A stretch of DNA of 62,961 nucleotides, filler included, from Globobulimina sp. (lineage: Eukaryota), in NCBI GenBank assembly GCA_003354225.1. It is 34 parts of 34 records of this genome, joined end to end, with 100 filler letters (N's around TTAATTAATTAA, not from the genome) between each part and the next. Parts side by side here need not be neighbours in the genome. Positions count along the whole stretch, not along the records: positions 11,137 to 12,892 come from PIVH01012311.1; positions 12,993 to 14,748 come from PIVH01012312.1; positions 14,849 to 16,604 come from PIVH01012313.1; positions 16,705 to 18,460 come from PIVH01012314.1; positions 18,561 to 20,316 come from PIVH01012315.1; positions 20,417 to 22,171 come from PIVH01012316.1; positions 22,272 to 24,026 come from PIVH01012317.1; 27 more parts are not named here. One strand, written 5' to 3'. Made by a program: the position numbers and the translations under genes. Position 1 is the first letter of the stretch, and every line of letters begins with the position of its first letter. Shown here piece after piece: positions 11,234 through 22,273 of the stretch. A model generated the notes under the pieces. That model saw nothing but the letters and a program-made list of their open reading frames with translations. It was not told where the DNA came from and searched no databases.

Positions 11234-11921
11234 TCAATGACACGCTTCTACGGACATAGTGTTCTCATCAACATTCCGCAATGATAAACATTTGGTTAAA
11301 TTCTTTGATTGCCCATAAAATATAACTCGTGAGACTACAAATCCACAGCAAATGGTAATGAAATAACCACTGTTATACGTCATTACAACGAGCATCAACC
11401 AATAACCAAATAACAAGGACAAACCAAAGGTTATGCCATCACTAATTCTTAAACGAAATGGATAACCACCATCATACCAAAGATGTCCTGCATTTGATGG
11501 TATGGCTGCATTCACTGCCAAATCATCCATATGTATATTGTCCCTCTCTTTTGGTTCAATAAGTTTGGTTGTTTGAATTTTAATTATATCATTTGATGTC
11601 ACCCAGAATCTATACCCAATATTTAACATTTTATGCGGGTGCAATATTTTGAACTCATACCATTTCCCAAAATACATTATAAATTCACGAAGTAAGCACA
11701 TAAGTACCAATACAATGAGAGTTAGTACATATTCTAATGCATTTGTCGGATGCCATTGACGGAATAACACACAATCACTCATTGTCCAATGAAAATACCT
11801 TTTTGTTAATTGTAAAATAAACAAAAATATTATAATTAGTGTTTGTAAACAAAAGTATGCATTGTTATTACATTATCATTGGGCAATCCCCCATATCCAT
11901 ATCCATATCCATACCATCCAT
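11234..11921 (-). CDS. Ctr-family (SLC31) copper transporter
   Basis: Met-rich exon 1 MDGMDMDMDMGDCPMI. Intron 11799-11871 gives MYFHW...VLFRQW. TM2 carries the MxxxM motif (MLVVMTYN). Confidence 0.9.
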
Positions 11922-12021
11922 GATAGAAACTGAATTATAAGATGGCTGCGATTGAAAGAAACACTTTTTTTTGAACTATTAAAAGTTTTTATTTATTTAA
12001 GACTCAGCTGACAAGAGTTAA

Positions 12022-12892
12022 TTACAAATTTATTTCACCGACCATTTCACCTCGTTGAAGGACAATATTATGCGGTTTATTTGCATCAAATTTGAAATCT
12101 TTTAACTGCTCAACATTTTGCATTTTTACACCATCAATTTCAAGCACTAAATCACCAGCTTGTAAGCCACAACGCGCAGCAAAACTTGAATAAGGTATCT
12201 CCATTAACATCACACCTTGTTTGCAGGCATTAATTCCTAACTCAATACCTAACGAAGGTTGCAACTCACCAAATAAACATCCGTTTAAAATGTGTGCTGA
12301 ATCTCTTATTCGTATATCACTTTGCGTCGCTTCTGGCGGTGTTTGTATTGTCACCTCAAAATCAAGCAATTCAAACTCATTTATATCCCCATTCCATCTC
12401 AACACTAAATAGTTGACACATTGATTTGGTTCAAATCCATTCAATGTCATCCAATACTTATCTTGTGAATCCATCTCGATTTTATCATTTAATCTGATCA
12501 ATATATCCCCATTTAGAACACCACACTGTTTTGCCGGTGACTGGTTGTGCATTTCCACAATTTTGACACCATCAATATACGATTTATACACATTCACATC
12601 CAATGCATTTACCACATCCTGCGATAAATACTTTCGATCAATTACTTGCTGTACCACATCCAAACCATCCCAAGGTCGAACAATTTGCAAATCATAAACA
12701 TACGGTGGTTGCAATGACCTTCATATTATATTATAATGCAATATAACTCGGAACAGATTATTTTGTGCCACATACCTTAACAATGACAATACATAACTGG
12801 CAGGAATAGCAAATCCAATCCCTATGTTGACTCCGAGCGGAGACGCAATGGCCGTATTTATGCCAATTAGTCTCTGATTTAAGTCTATTAAG
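12022..12892 (-). CDS. HtrA/DegP-family serine protease C-terminal part with two PDZ-like domains, 5'-partial
   Basis: Exon off the track reads LIDLNQRLIGINTAIASPLGVNIGIGFAIP. Intron 12719-12775. PDZ signatures SPAKQCGVLNGDILIRLND and SFAARCGLQAGDLVLEIDG. Confidence 0.88.
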
Positions 12893-12994
12893 NNNNNNNN
12901 NNNNNNNNNNNNNNNNNNNNNNNNNNNNNNNNNNNNTTAATTAATTAANNNNNNNNNNNNNNNNNNNNNNNNNNNNNNNNNNNNNNNNNNNNTA

Positions 12995-13885
12995 CTTTGT
13001 TTTGCGATTTTTGCAGTTTTTGATTTCGTGGTTTCATTTGATATGACATTGGATGGGAATGTATCAGATTTTTATTTGCCATTAATGTCATTTATTAAAA
13101 AAGCAAAAGGCATTATTGTTCATGATGATGGCTTGCATTTAGAAATAGCCAAAAGTCAACACCAAGCCATACGCGGTTGCTGTGTTAATCGGGTATTAAT
13201 TGAGACAAAGTGGGGCGATAAACAGAAGGAAGTGATGTTGAAAGAGTATTTAATTAAAAAATCAAAGCTCGACAACACTTGTGATTATTCATGGCCATAT
13301 TCTGATGTTCGACTGAAAGATATAAAATTGAACAGTGCAGAAGTATGGTTGGTCTTTGCGTGGAATGAAAGCAAAGAACTTTGTCGAGATTTGTTGTCTG
13401 ATCTACGACGTAAAGTTCCAATCGTGAGTTTAAGGCTGTTTATGATCGGTTACATGCTGCTTGGCCTATTTTTTGTGATGCTGTATCTATTTGGAAGAGT
13501 GTTTCAGATGTTTTTTATATTATATGTTATAAGTTATTTATCATTCGGACATGCTATTTATATTTTTAGTGCGGAGTTACCTTTATTTCAGAGTATTATG
13601 TGTGTTGCTAATTTAATTTTAGTATTAATATGGATATTATTGCTGTGTCTCGTTTTGATGGATCAATATTATATTTCATTTATATTACCGTCAACGCAGA
13701 CATTATATGAAGGTGTCTACAAAGACGAAAGGGAGACCAAAACAAAAGAGATTATGACTTATTATCATTGGGTGATTTCACAGCCAGTTATAAGAGCATA
13801 TTGTGTTAACTTGTTTGGTAAAGATATTGCTGTCATTATTATCAAGTATTTTGCCGATGACCACTATCAATTTGTGACTGAATAA
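12995..13885 (+). CDS. Hypothetical multi-pass membrane protein, 5'-partial
   Basis: Open from the contig edge, with 2-3 hydrophobic segments and a C-terminal FGKDIAVIIIKY. Confidence 0.6.
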   Translation, partial: LCFAIFAVFDFVVSFDMTLDGNVSDFYLPLMSFIKKAKGIIVHDDGLHLEIAKSQHQAIRGCCVNRVLIETKWGDKQKEVMLKEYLIKKSKLDNTCDYSWPYSDVRLKDIKLNSAEVWLVFAWNESKELCRDLLSDLRRKVPIVSLRLFMIGYMLLGLFFVMLYLFGRVFQMFFILYVISYLSFGHAIYIFSAELPLFQSIMCVANLILVLIWILLLCLVLMDQYYISFILPSTQTLYEGVYKDERETKTKEIMTYYHWVISQPVIRAYCVNLFGKDIAVIIIKYFADDHYQFVTE

Positions 13886-14112
13886 GATGCAAATCCGAAT
13901 TTGAATAAATGTTATTTGAATTTGAATTAAATTTTACGTCTGCATAACGACACAATTTAACTTTACTTGAAAGGTTTTCACAGAAATAGGGACTTAGGCT
14001 GTGCTGTTGAAATATTCTTGTTGTGCAAGGATAAAATTGCATGTTTCAAACTCAAACTCAAAAACAAAATAGGCATAAAATATAATTACATCTTAAATCA
14101 GCAACATCGATA

Positions 14113-14748
14113 TTATTCGTCATATCTAGCTGGATCAAATAATAAAGCCGCAATACATGCAGTCATAAAACATGCGACGTTGCCAGATATCATAGCTGAT
14201 AAAACCAACTGCGTTAAATCTTTACTTCGCGATGGAGCCAAAGGGGTCAACCCTCCCAACGTAATACCCATTGAGCCAAAATTACTAAACCCACACAACG
14301 CGTAAACTAAAATCACAGCAGATCTACTGCTGATATTCTCCATTTCTGCCAACAATCCCAAATATGCAACAAATTCATTAACCACAATTTTTTGCCCAAT
14401 CAATTCACCCGCAATCTGTGCATCTGATGGATCAATCCCATCAATATCGCAACTGGATAAAATATATAACCACAAAATATCGTAAATGTCACCTCCCAAT
14501 TTATTAATGACCCCCAATATGCAAACAAATAATCCAGCAACGCCACTAAACCTAAAAATGAAATCAACATTCCACAAATATTTGCAGCTAAGCCAACGGC
14601 TACCGATGCCCCATTCGATGCAGCTTCAATCACATTTGTTTCATTGCCATGTCCTATTTGTTCCAATACTTTATCCGCATCCGCACCACCACCGTCACTC
14701 TGCGCAGTTGGCGATATCTCATCTTCGGGATACACAATCTTACTGATC
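14113..14748 (-). CDS. Concentrative nucleoside transporter (SLC28/NupC) C-terminal domain, 5'-partial, one frameshift
   Basis: NVIEAASNGA, FYPVAILMG, KIVVNEFVAY and YALCGFSNFGSMGI are CNT motifs. One base is missing at ~14438 (LMG/IDPSDA). Confidence 0.88.
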
Positions 14749-14848
14749 NNNNNNNNNNNNNNNNNNNNNNNNNNNNNNNNNNNNNNNNNNNNTTAATTAA
14801 TTAANNNNNNNNNNNNNNNNNNNNNNNNNNNNNNNNNNNNNNNNNNNN

Positions 14849-16604
14849 ATTGAATCATAAATTGTATACAATCTCAGATCTTGAAAGAGCAAACTTCAAT
14901 GGATTTAATACGTATGAAACATTTGTAAAAAAACTGAACGCAAAATCATTCTCAAAGTTAATGAGATATAATAAAAATAATGCATTGCATGGAAAAAAAA
15001 TTAAATTTATCAAAGAAATAAAGCAGCATTACACAAAAATAAATAATAACAACACAGTTAGAAATAAATTAAGGCAGATACCAGCACAGAAAGCCAAAGA
15101 TAATATATTCTGGAAATGGTATATGGCCGCAATAGAGTTAGGGTCAATGGATGCAATTACGTACATTAAAGACGGTTTTGTTGAAAGGGCCTCGTTTAAC
15201 TTTGTACCATCGCCAATACCGAAGTCAATAGAATTTGTCAGCTATGATAATATGTGGAAGGATCATATGATGGCTGATAACAATTTATATTTCGTCCCAG
15301 ATGGATCTGTCTATTTTTATGATAATGATCCAAAAAACCGTATGTATGGAATTGGTGGGTGTGCCATGGTAATATATTATGGCAAAACGATAATAGACAC
15401 AATTGCGCTCCCACTGAGTGTACGTACACATATCAACTCTAAAATGGTTGAATAATGACCAAAATAAACAGAAATATGTCAGCAAAGCCGATGGTGTGTC
15501 AATAATTACGGACAGTCAGAACTGTCTAAATATACTGTCACAGAAACATACGCCATCTGACGTTGTGATAATAAATCTGTACATTATGGCAAACCTAGAA
15601 ATAAATAAAATTGCCAAATGTGAGTACATTGACAAATTCATTAAATTTTTCTGGGTCCATAGCCACTCGGAATCAAAACTAAATGATTTGGTCGATGAAT
15701 TAGCAAAATGCGCTGCCGGAGTCGTGAAGTTATGGTTCGCCCAACAAAAACGTATAGAAACCGCCCCCAAATACCGACATAGCAAACAATGACTGTATTG
15801 ACAGTAAAATGGAAGAAAAAGCTCAACAGTACGAGCAAAGAGATTTATTTGATGTCGATGAAGAGTATGAACTGAACGGGGATCACAAAAACTGGCTGAA
15901 TCCAAATGAATTAATTGGATACAAAACGATAAAATCGGAAATGAGATACCTGGCAAACAAGCAAGATGAGATGATATGGAATCAAAATAGATACGGCGTT
16001 TTTTACTCGTCTGACCCGTATAAAATGGGAAAACATTATTACACATTAAATATCAGATGGAACCCAAAGAAACACGCGGCCGTAATCCCATTCATTACTA
16101 CATTAGAAAATAACGTGAGAGTCATGTGTATGGTGGACCAGCTTCCCTTAAATGCCTATATGGTGTATAAGGCAAACAATTATTTATATGATGCGTGGTG
16201 TACGCAACACAGTGATTGTATACAGCGTCGATGTGAAGAAACATTGATGCATTATTTCAATGATTGTAACGCTGAGCATTATAGAAAGCCGAGAGAGTTT
16301 ATGTACGATGAAATCCAATCAATTTATGATGCGTATAATAGATTGGTTGCAAAACAAGAAGATAAGCAAATATTTGATAGAAACGGTGATAATAATCATA
16401 TCCAAAAATGTCTCTTCTTCCCATCGTTCAAATTAGAGATAAAAGCCCGTGTTCAGATAATCAAAGCAGTTACTAAGTACTTAAAAAGAACGCGACCGGA
16501 TTTATTGAAAATGTACAACAACGGGCAATGTAAGAAAGTTGAGGAGATGCAAAAACATGAAATGTTAATACAAAAACAAAAAAAATTAACAAATAAAAAT
16601 GTAA
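14849..16604 (+). mobile_element. Degenerate non-LTR retrotransposon 3' ORF: RNase H plus Cys/His knuckle
   Basis: RNase H motifs FVPDGS, ITDSQ and WVHSH...NDLVDELAK, then C...EETLMHYFNDC. A frameshifting deletion at ~15437 removes the catalytic-Glu helix. A second frameshift lies at ~15785. Confidence 0.78.
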
Positions 16605-16704
16605 NNNNNNNNNNNNNNNNNNNNNNNNNNNNNNNNNNNNNNNNNNNNTTAATTAATTAANNNNNNNNNNNNNNNNNNNNNNNNNNNNNNNNNNNNNNNN
16701 NNNN

Positions 16705-16914
16705 TAATTGCTCAATTTCTCTTTTTAATGTTTTGTTTTCTTGCGATTTTTTATGCAATAATTTGTCTTTTAGTTTGTTGTCTGTTTGCAAATCAATTAT
16801 TTGCTGCTTTAATTCTTCATTTTGGGCTTTGAATTGGTTTAATTCGTCATCTTTTTGTTGTGAATGTATAATATTATCACGATGTTGATTGTTGAATTCT
16901 TTTTGAGCGTTCAT
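16705..16914 (-). CDS. Coiled-coil protein N-terminus, 3'-partial
   Basis: ATG start, heptad-like K/E/Q-rich sequence, and the frame runs off the contig. Confidence 0.55.
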
Positions 16915-17140
16915 TCGTTTAACATTAACTATAGTAACTCAGCACAACTTAAAAAACTTCAGTTCTCGCAAATAACAATGAAAGCAAATAACATTTAATT
17001 TTGTACATGTTATGTGCGAGGATAATCAAAAGTATTCGTATTCTACAGTGAATAATTAAGAAATGTTTAATTAATATTTTTGCACTCGCAAATAACATAA
17101 TTATATATACAATTATACGCAAATAACATTTTGTTACTTG

Positions 17141-18193
17141 TTAGATTTTTAACTGAACGAAGGTTTGCAAATCATCCGGAATACCCGGCATTTCCCACGG
17201 ATATGTAGCGTTTAGTTCTATTTGTTCTATTTGCTCCATTTGCTCCATAGATTTGACATGAGAGTAACACGAAGTGCTATCACTATCCGGTGACTCAGAT
17301 CGATTCCAACTGTCAGATTTTGTAAATATAACAGTATCGTCATATTTCTTTAAACCACAACATTCCAATTTATTCCACCATTCGATTTGAGCGCACATCA
17401 AACACAAACACCAAGAATTTACGACATAATCCAGCGGATAAATCCATTTTAAAGGTGTCCCATCAATCAATCGAGGAGTCATTATAATAATACATGACAA
17501 TAAATGTTGAACCACTGTCAAAGTGATTGCTTTCTTAACTTTTGCATACAAGTTATCATCAATGGAACCTTTACGGTTTGTATTCACACTAATTTGCCCC
17601 AATTTAAATGTCAACGCCGAAATGAATGTCATCACACACATTGACTCAAGTATTGTGAACATAAAAGCTGTGGTTTTGGCCCAAATATTTGTCCATTCAT
17701 TGTCACATTGGACAAAGTCTGCACCGCTCACATTGTGTTGTTCGGCGTGGAAATGTTGTAAATATATGTAAGCAAATGCTAATCCTGCAAAAATAATCGG
17801 TAATACTACACTTAACATTGTTGCATAGGTTTGATTTATAATTTTAGTTTCGCGCACATAATGGATATAAAATAAGACAATCAATATTTTGTTAAATGCA
17901 ACAAAAGCTTCGTCAGCGGTGTCTGCTGTCTGCCAATGATTGCCATTTTGATGAGGATTATAAAATATTGATATATATAAATAATGCGTTATAACAGATT
18001 GGGAAAATGTCGACAGAATGTATATAATACATATTGACAGTGAGCATTTGAATTGATAGCCACAATACTTACTCCACGTACATTTGTTGCAATACTTATA
18101 TAATATTGTAATGGCCCACGGTATGTTTGTCGCCGACACAAGCAAATGACAGCATTCTCTGATCAAGAACGCAGTTTTGAAAAGCTGTGCCAT
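17141..18193 (-). CDS. Multi-pass (GPCR-like) membrane protein
   Basis: Several hydrophobic segments and a Ser-rich tail. There is probably an in-frame intron starting GTAAGT at ~18072. Confidence 0.6.
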   Translation of the reverse strand: MAQLFKTAFLIRECCHLLVSATNIPWAITILYKYCNKCTWSKYCGYQFKCSLSICIIYILSTFSQSVITHYLYISIFYNPHQNGNHWQTADTADEAFVAFNKILIVLFYIHYVRETKIINQTYATMLSVVLPIIFAGLAFAYIYLQHFHAEQHNVSGADFVQCDNEWTNIWAKTTAFMFTILESMCVMTFISALTFKLGQISVNTNRKGSIDDNLYAKVKKAITLTVVQHLLSCIIIMTPRLIDGTPLKWIYPLDYVVNSWCLCLMCAQIEWWNKLECCGLKKYDDTVIFTKSDSWNRSESPDSDSTSCYSHVKSMEQMEQIEQIELNATYPWEMPGIPDDLQTFVQLKI

Positions 18194-18239
18194 GTTGGAT
18201 TGAGGACAGTTGCTTTGCCAAAAACTTTATACTTTGATA

Positions 18240-18460
18240 ATGTCTTTGGATCTTGATGGTTTAGATGGTTTAGGCGATTTAGTCTCTGGTATTGGGAAAG
18301 GTATTGGCAGAATAATCCAAGGGATAGCGTCTGTAGCAGACGACATTGGAGACAATACAAGCTTTGGTGGTGGAGGGTGTTATCACGGCAATGATTCAGT
18401 ACTGGGAGCTGCAGTTGACATTTATATGTATGACTTGAATACAAAAATTGAAATTAATTT
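18240..18460 (+). CDS. Hypothetical protein N-terminus, 3'-partial
   Basis: MSLDLDGLDGLGDLVSGIGKG..., open to the contig edge. Confidence 0.5.
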
Positions 18461-18562
18461 NNNNNNNNNNNNNNNNNNNNNNNNNNNNNNNNNNNNNNNN
18501 NNNNTTAATTAATTAANNNNNNNNNNNNNNNNNNNNNNNNNNNNNNNNNNNNNNNNNNNNCT

Positions 18563-19066
18563 GCTGCCATCGACAAACGGGAGAAAAACAGCTTTATCGC
18601 CATCGACGCACTCAGGAAAGCCATTTTTTCCAGACAAATCAGCAAAACATGTACATCCTTTATCCTTAAGGGAGACGGTGACCTCCTCGTCCACCCACAA
18701 TATGAGGGACAAAATCTCTCTGATTTCCTTAACAAGATTGAACATGATCCGGTTGGTAAAATGATCGAAACCCGAAAAGGCAGGGTCGTCCTTCCCTGGA
18801 AATCGCCTGGAGACAACCAAGCAGTTGAACTTCTTGTCTCCTACGATTATCTCCCGGAATTTGACTGGATCATTGCGTCGTCCTGCATCGTTGATGAGTA
18901 TTACCGACCTCTTATGACTCTGAAAATACTCACCCTCATCATACTGCTAGTGCTAAGTATGCTTTCTTTTTCCTTGAGCCGGCATATTAGTAACACCATC
19001 TCCACGCCAATAAAACAGTTAATGCAGGGACTCAAAGCAGCTTCACAGGGCGATTTCTCAAAACGG
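18563..19066 (+). CDS. Bacterial Cache-domain + TM + HAMP sensor fragment (histidine kinase / chemoreceptor type)
   Basis: Higher GC and intronless. Reads FILKGDGDLLVHPQYEGQNL...PWKSPGD...YDYLPEFDWIIASS..DEYYRPL, then a TM helix, then the HAMP start ISTPIKQLMQGLKAASQGDFSKR, cut at the junction with GDI. Confidence 0.8.
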
Positions 19067-19820
19067 GACAAGGACCACGCATACATTTGCAATCTGGCAA
19101 TACAGTCTAATGTGCACCGGTAATCATCCAAATACGCATCGCTGTTATACAATGCTATGGCGTGCCCCGTAAATGCTTGTGTATTCTCATCGCATTTCCA
19201 ATATGCATAGACTTCTCTCATTGTTTGCTTTTCGAGATTTAATTCTATTTTATTTTATTTTATTTTTAATTATTTTATTTATATGCCATGCAATATGCGA
19301 ATGTGCGTAAATAGCAATATAACAATACTTAACTGCCCCATGTCTTGCGATCCTTTTCTTTTACGTCCAATACCCACTGTAAAAAATTTTTATACCTTCG
19401 TTTTTGAAATATGCCCATTAACGACGAATTTAACGCAGCTTGCGGGGTAACAGGCACTTCAAATAATTTATTGTCTTTGTAAACAAACGAGCCGCCAACA
19501 CATCGAAATTCTAAATATCTGGTCACTTTTGTGTGTAATAACATTTTTACCAAATTACCGCAACCCATCAAAAATTTTGGACATAAATCAATGCTGTAAT
19601 CTTTGCTTTTCCCTAACGCCTTTTCATCGAATTTCTCTTCACTTCCATCACCATCAAATTTTTTAAATAATTGTTTTAAATTTAAAGAGGCAGACTCTGC
19701 TCCATAATAATCATTGCGATCTAAATGTAACACTTTCTTTTTTGCGACAGACAACAATCCACTCAATATACACTCTTTTAATCCTGTTCCTAAAATAATA
19801 ACATCGTACTTTTCTTCCAT
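19064..19820 (-). CDS. GDI: Rab GDP-dissociation inhibitor, truncated at a chimeric junction
   Basis: MEEKYDVIILGTGLKECILSGLLSV..KKVLHLDRNDYYGAESASL and PKFLM..G.LVKMLLHTKVTRYLEF. Intron 19245-19333. Exon 2 reads ...FTGHAIALY...YAWSLSR. Confidence 0.95.
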
Positions 19821-20436
19821 GTTCTGATAGTTGTGACAGTTGTGAAGTTTTTTTGTTGTTTCGAGATGTCATAAACTCATTCTACCAATTTTCGCGACAG
19901 CTGACAACAATGAAGCATTGGAATCAATCATGTATACAATGATACAATTAAAAACAGATCAGATGATGTAAATAAATACATTCTATGTAAGTTTACTGTG
20001 ATGGGCTCGCCTGGTAATTCGACAACGAATTTGATTTAATAAAAGGACTCAGCGGAGTGCACCACAGCGTGTCCAATCCGTTATGGATTAATTTAATAAA
20101 CATTGCCGAACATATACGGCCACGATAAATATATTGATGTTCAAGACTATGATAATAACGTATCATTTGGGACATGTTTATAATATCACATTGTCAGTGA
20201 TAGAAAATGGATATGTCATACGATCATTGACAATGTGATCGATAATATGATGCCCAATGTGAGGTAGAGTCGATTGTGCGTGAAGTTGAAACTTGCGAGC
20301 AATTCATATTCAAACTNNNNNNNNNNNNNNNNNNNNNNNNNNNNNNNNNNNNNNNNNNNNTTAATTAATTAANNNNNNNNNNNNNNNNNNNNNNNNNNNN
20401 NNNNNNNNNNNNNNNNTCTTTTTTTACAACAGCATC

Positions 20437-21447
20437 GTGTCTATTAACTTCTGGCCATGGCTCATATCAACGACTGTTGCGATTGTGATCGGATATTATT
20501 ATTATTATGACACTTCATTGAATAAATATCATAGTAACCACATGTACGCATCATTATTATTATCAGACGATACTAGCACTGAGATAGCAATAGTTTTAAT
20601 GGGAGATAGTGTTTTAGATAATTTTTATTGGCTAAAGGACAAACGATTAGATATAACACAACAACTTAGAAATGGATATAAATATAACAATAATGTCACT
20701 ATTGTAAATCTAGCAGTCGATGAAACAGAAACATTTAATTTAGTCAATGATTACGGCATTAAACCAAAACAGAAATATATTGAAATGAGAAACGAATTGG
20801 AGATGCAACCATATCCAATGGATAACATCACCGGAAAGGTCCATTCACTTCAATTATTACAAGATATTATAAATAGTTATAATCACAATTCCGATGTATT
20901 TGTAATTTTATCTGTTGGTGGTAATGATTTTAGAATCCTTTTAGCGCTAAAATCCGCAAATAAAATTATAAGAACACTACAAAAACGCAAATTTGAAGAA
21001 AACGTAAGTAAAATTATTCATAGGTTAAAAGTGGAAATGAAAGTAAATGTAATTTTGGTGATGTGCTATTCACCAAAATGGACAGTATCTGAATTTCTCG
21101 GATTTCCGGTGAATGATTTCGATTTTTTAGTACATTGGGCTTACGATTTGATGTTAAAAATTGGTCTAAAATATAATGTACCAATTATCGATTTGCATTC
21201 AACATTCGATAAATTTGACTCGTCATATTATTCATCAATATCACCAATTGAACCATCAAATAAATCTGGACAGCTTATTACAAATTTAATTATGTTTTGT
21301 GTGAAAGATATCATTCAAACCCAAAGATCAAACAAATGCGGAATTGAAAAATCTAAGACCTATCATATAAACCCAAACGATTTAAGTCATATCGTATCAA
21401 AGCAGAATGATGCACTCTTTCAACACATCGACATTAATGACAACTAA
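20437..21447 (+). CDS. SGNH/GDSL-family hydrolase with N-terminal membrane anchor
   Basis: Block I LMGDSVLDN, block III SVGGND, block V SPIEPS. The start lies upstream or off the contig. Confidence 0.8.
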   Translation: MSINFWPWLISTTVAIVIGYYYYYDTSLNKYHSNHMYASLLLSDDTSTEIAIVLMGDSVLDNFYWLKDKRLDITQQLRNGYKYNNNVTIVNLAVDETETFNLVNDYGIKPKQKYIEMRNELEMQPYPMDNITGKVHSLQLLQDIINSYNHNSDVFVILSVGGNDFRILLALKSANKIIRTLQKRKFEENVSKIIHRLKVEMKVNVILVMCYSPKWTVSEFLGFPVNDFDFLVHWAYDLMLKIGLKYNVPIIDLHSTFDKFDSSYYSSISPIEPSNKSGQLITNLIMFCVKDIIQTQRSNKCGIEKSKTYHINPNDLSHIVSKQNDALFQHIDINDN

Positions 21448-21465
21448 AGTAGGTTTTTTTTGATG

Positions 21466-22141
21466 TTATCTAAGCATTTTTCTCATACTAAAGAGTTCTC
21501 CGGATTCCTCCGCAGTGTATAACCTTTGAGTGCTCATTGTTTGTTTTAGTTTATCGATTTCATTCAAATCGCTTTTGTTTGGCTTAGCCGGCTCCATTCT
21601 AAATATTTGTGGAGGTGTTGAGGGCGGAGGTCCCCATTTGCCAGGCTTTTTGTTATGTGGTTTGGATCTTTCATTCATTTGAAAAATATTCGGATCATTA
21701 AATCCTTCCTCATTATTCCATTCAGGCAACTTATTTAGTTTTGGATCACGTATCGTTTGCGGTGTGTTTTGTATATTGTTATTATCCGGATGCAAATCTA
21801 ACCAATGCGGCGTCCAATATCCTTCCACACGCAGCATATTCATAAATGGCAAATAAAATTTTGTGTCAAAATCCATATTCAATGAGTGATAACACCAAAG
21901 TCGGCCGGATCCATTTTCACGAACTTGCGTATGTTTTCCCTGTTTTTTCCTTTTTATCCTTTTGTTGCGCTGACAAAATCACCAAATACATTCAACATTT
22001 TATTGCAAAATTAATATTTCAAATATTTATTTATAACCAAACTCGAGTCGTTTTATTTTTGCTACTGACAACACCAACAGACTGATTTACGGAAGGAGAA
22101 TGACCACAAGCACTTGCAACTAAAGCAGATGTTAAGGCGAC
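21466..22141 (-). CDS. Hypothetical protein, last exons
   Basis: The ORF extends upstream as RNKRIKRKKQ...RLWCYHSLNMDF after an acceptor at ~21970. A probable preceding exon spans ~22044-22141. Confidence 0.5.
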
Positions 22142-22273
22142 TATAAGTATTTTTTTATTTTTCATTAGAAGNNNNNNNNNNNNNNNNNNNNNNNNNNNNN
22201 NNNNNNNNNNNNNNNTTAATTAATTAANNNNNNNNNNNNNNNNNNNNNNNNNNNNNNNNNNNNNNNNNNNNCA

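Noticed and set aside
9281-16604. RT contig and RNase H contig as one element, or RT plus neighbouring genes as a retron/DGR-like system
   Set aside because: They are separate contigs ordered by length only. The RT motifs are non-LTR type, and no ncRNA or template/variable repeat pair is visible.
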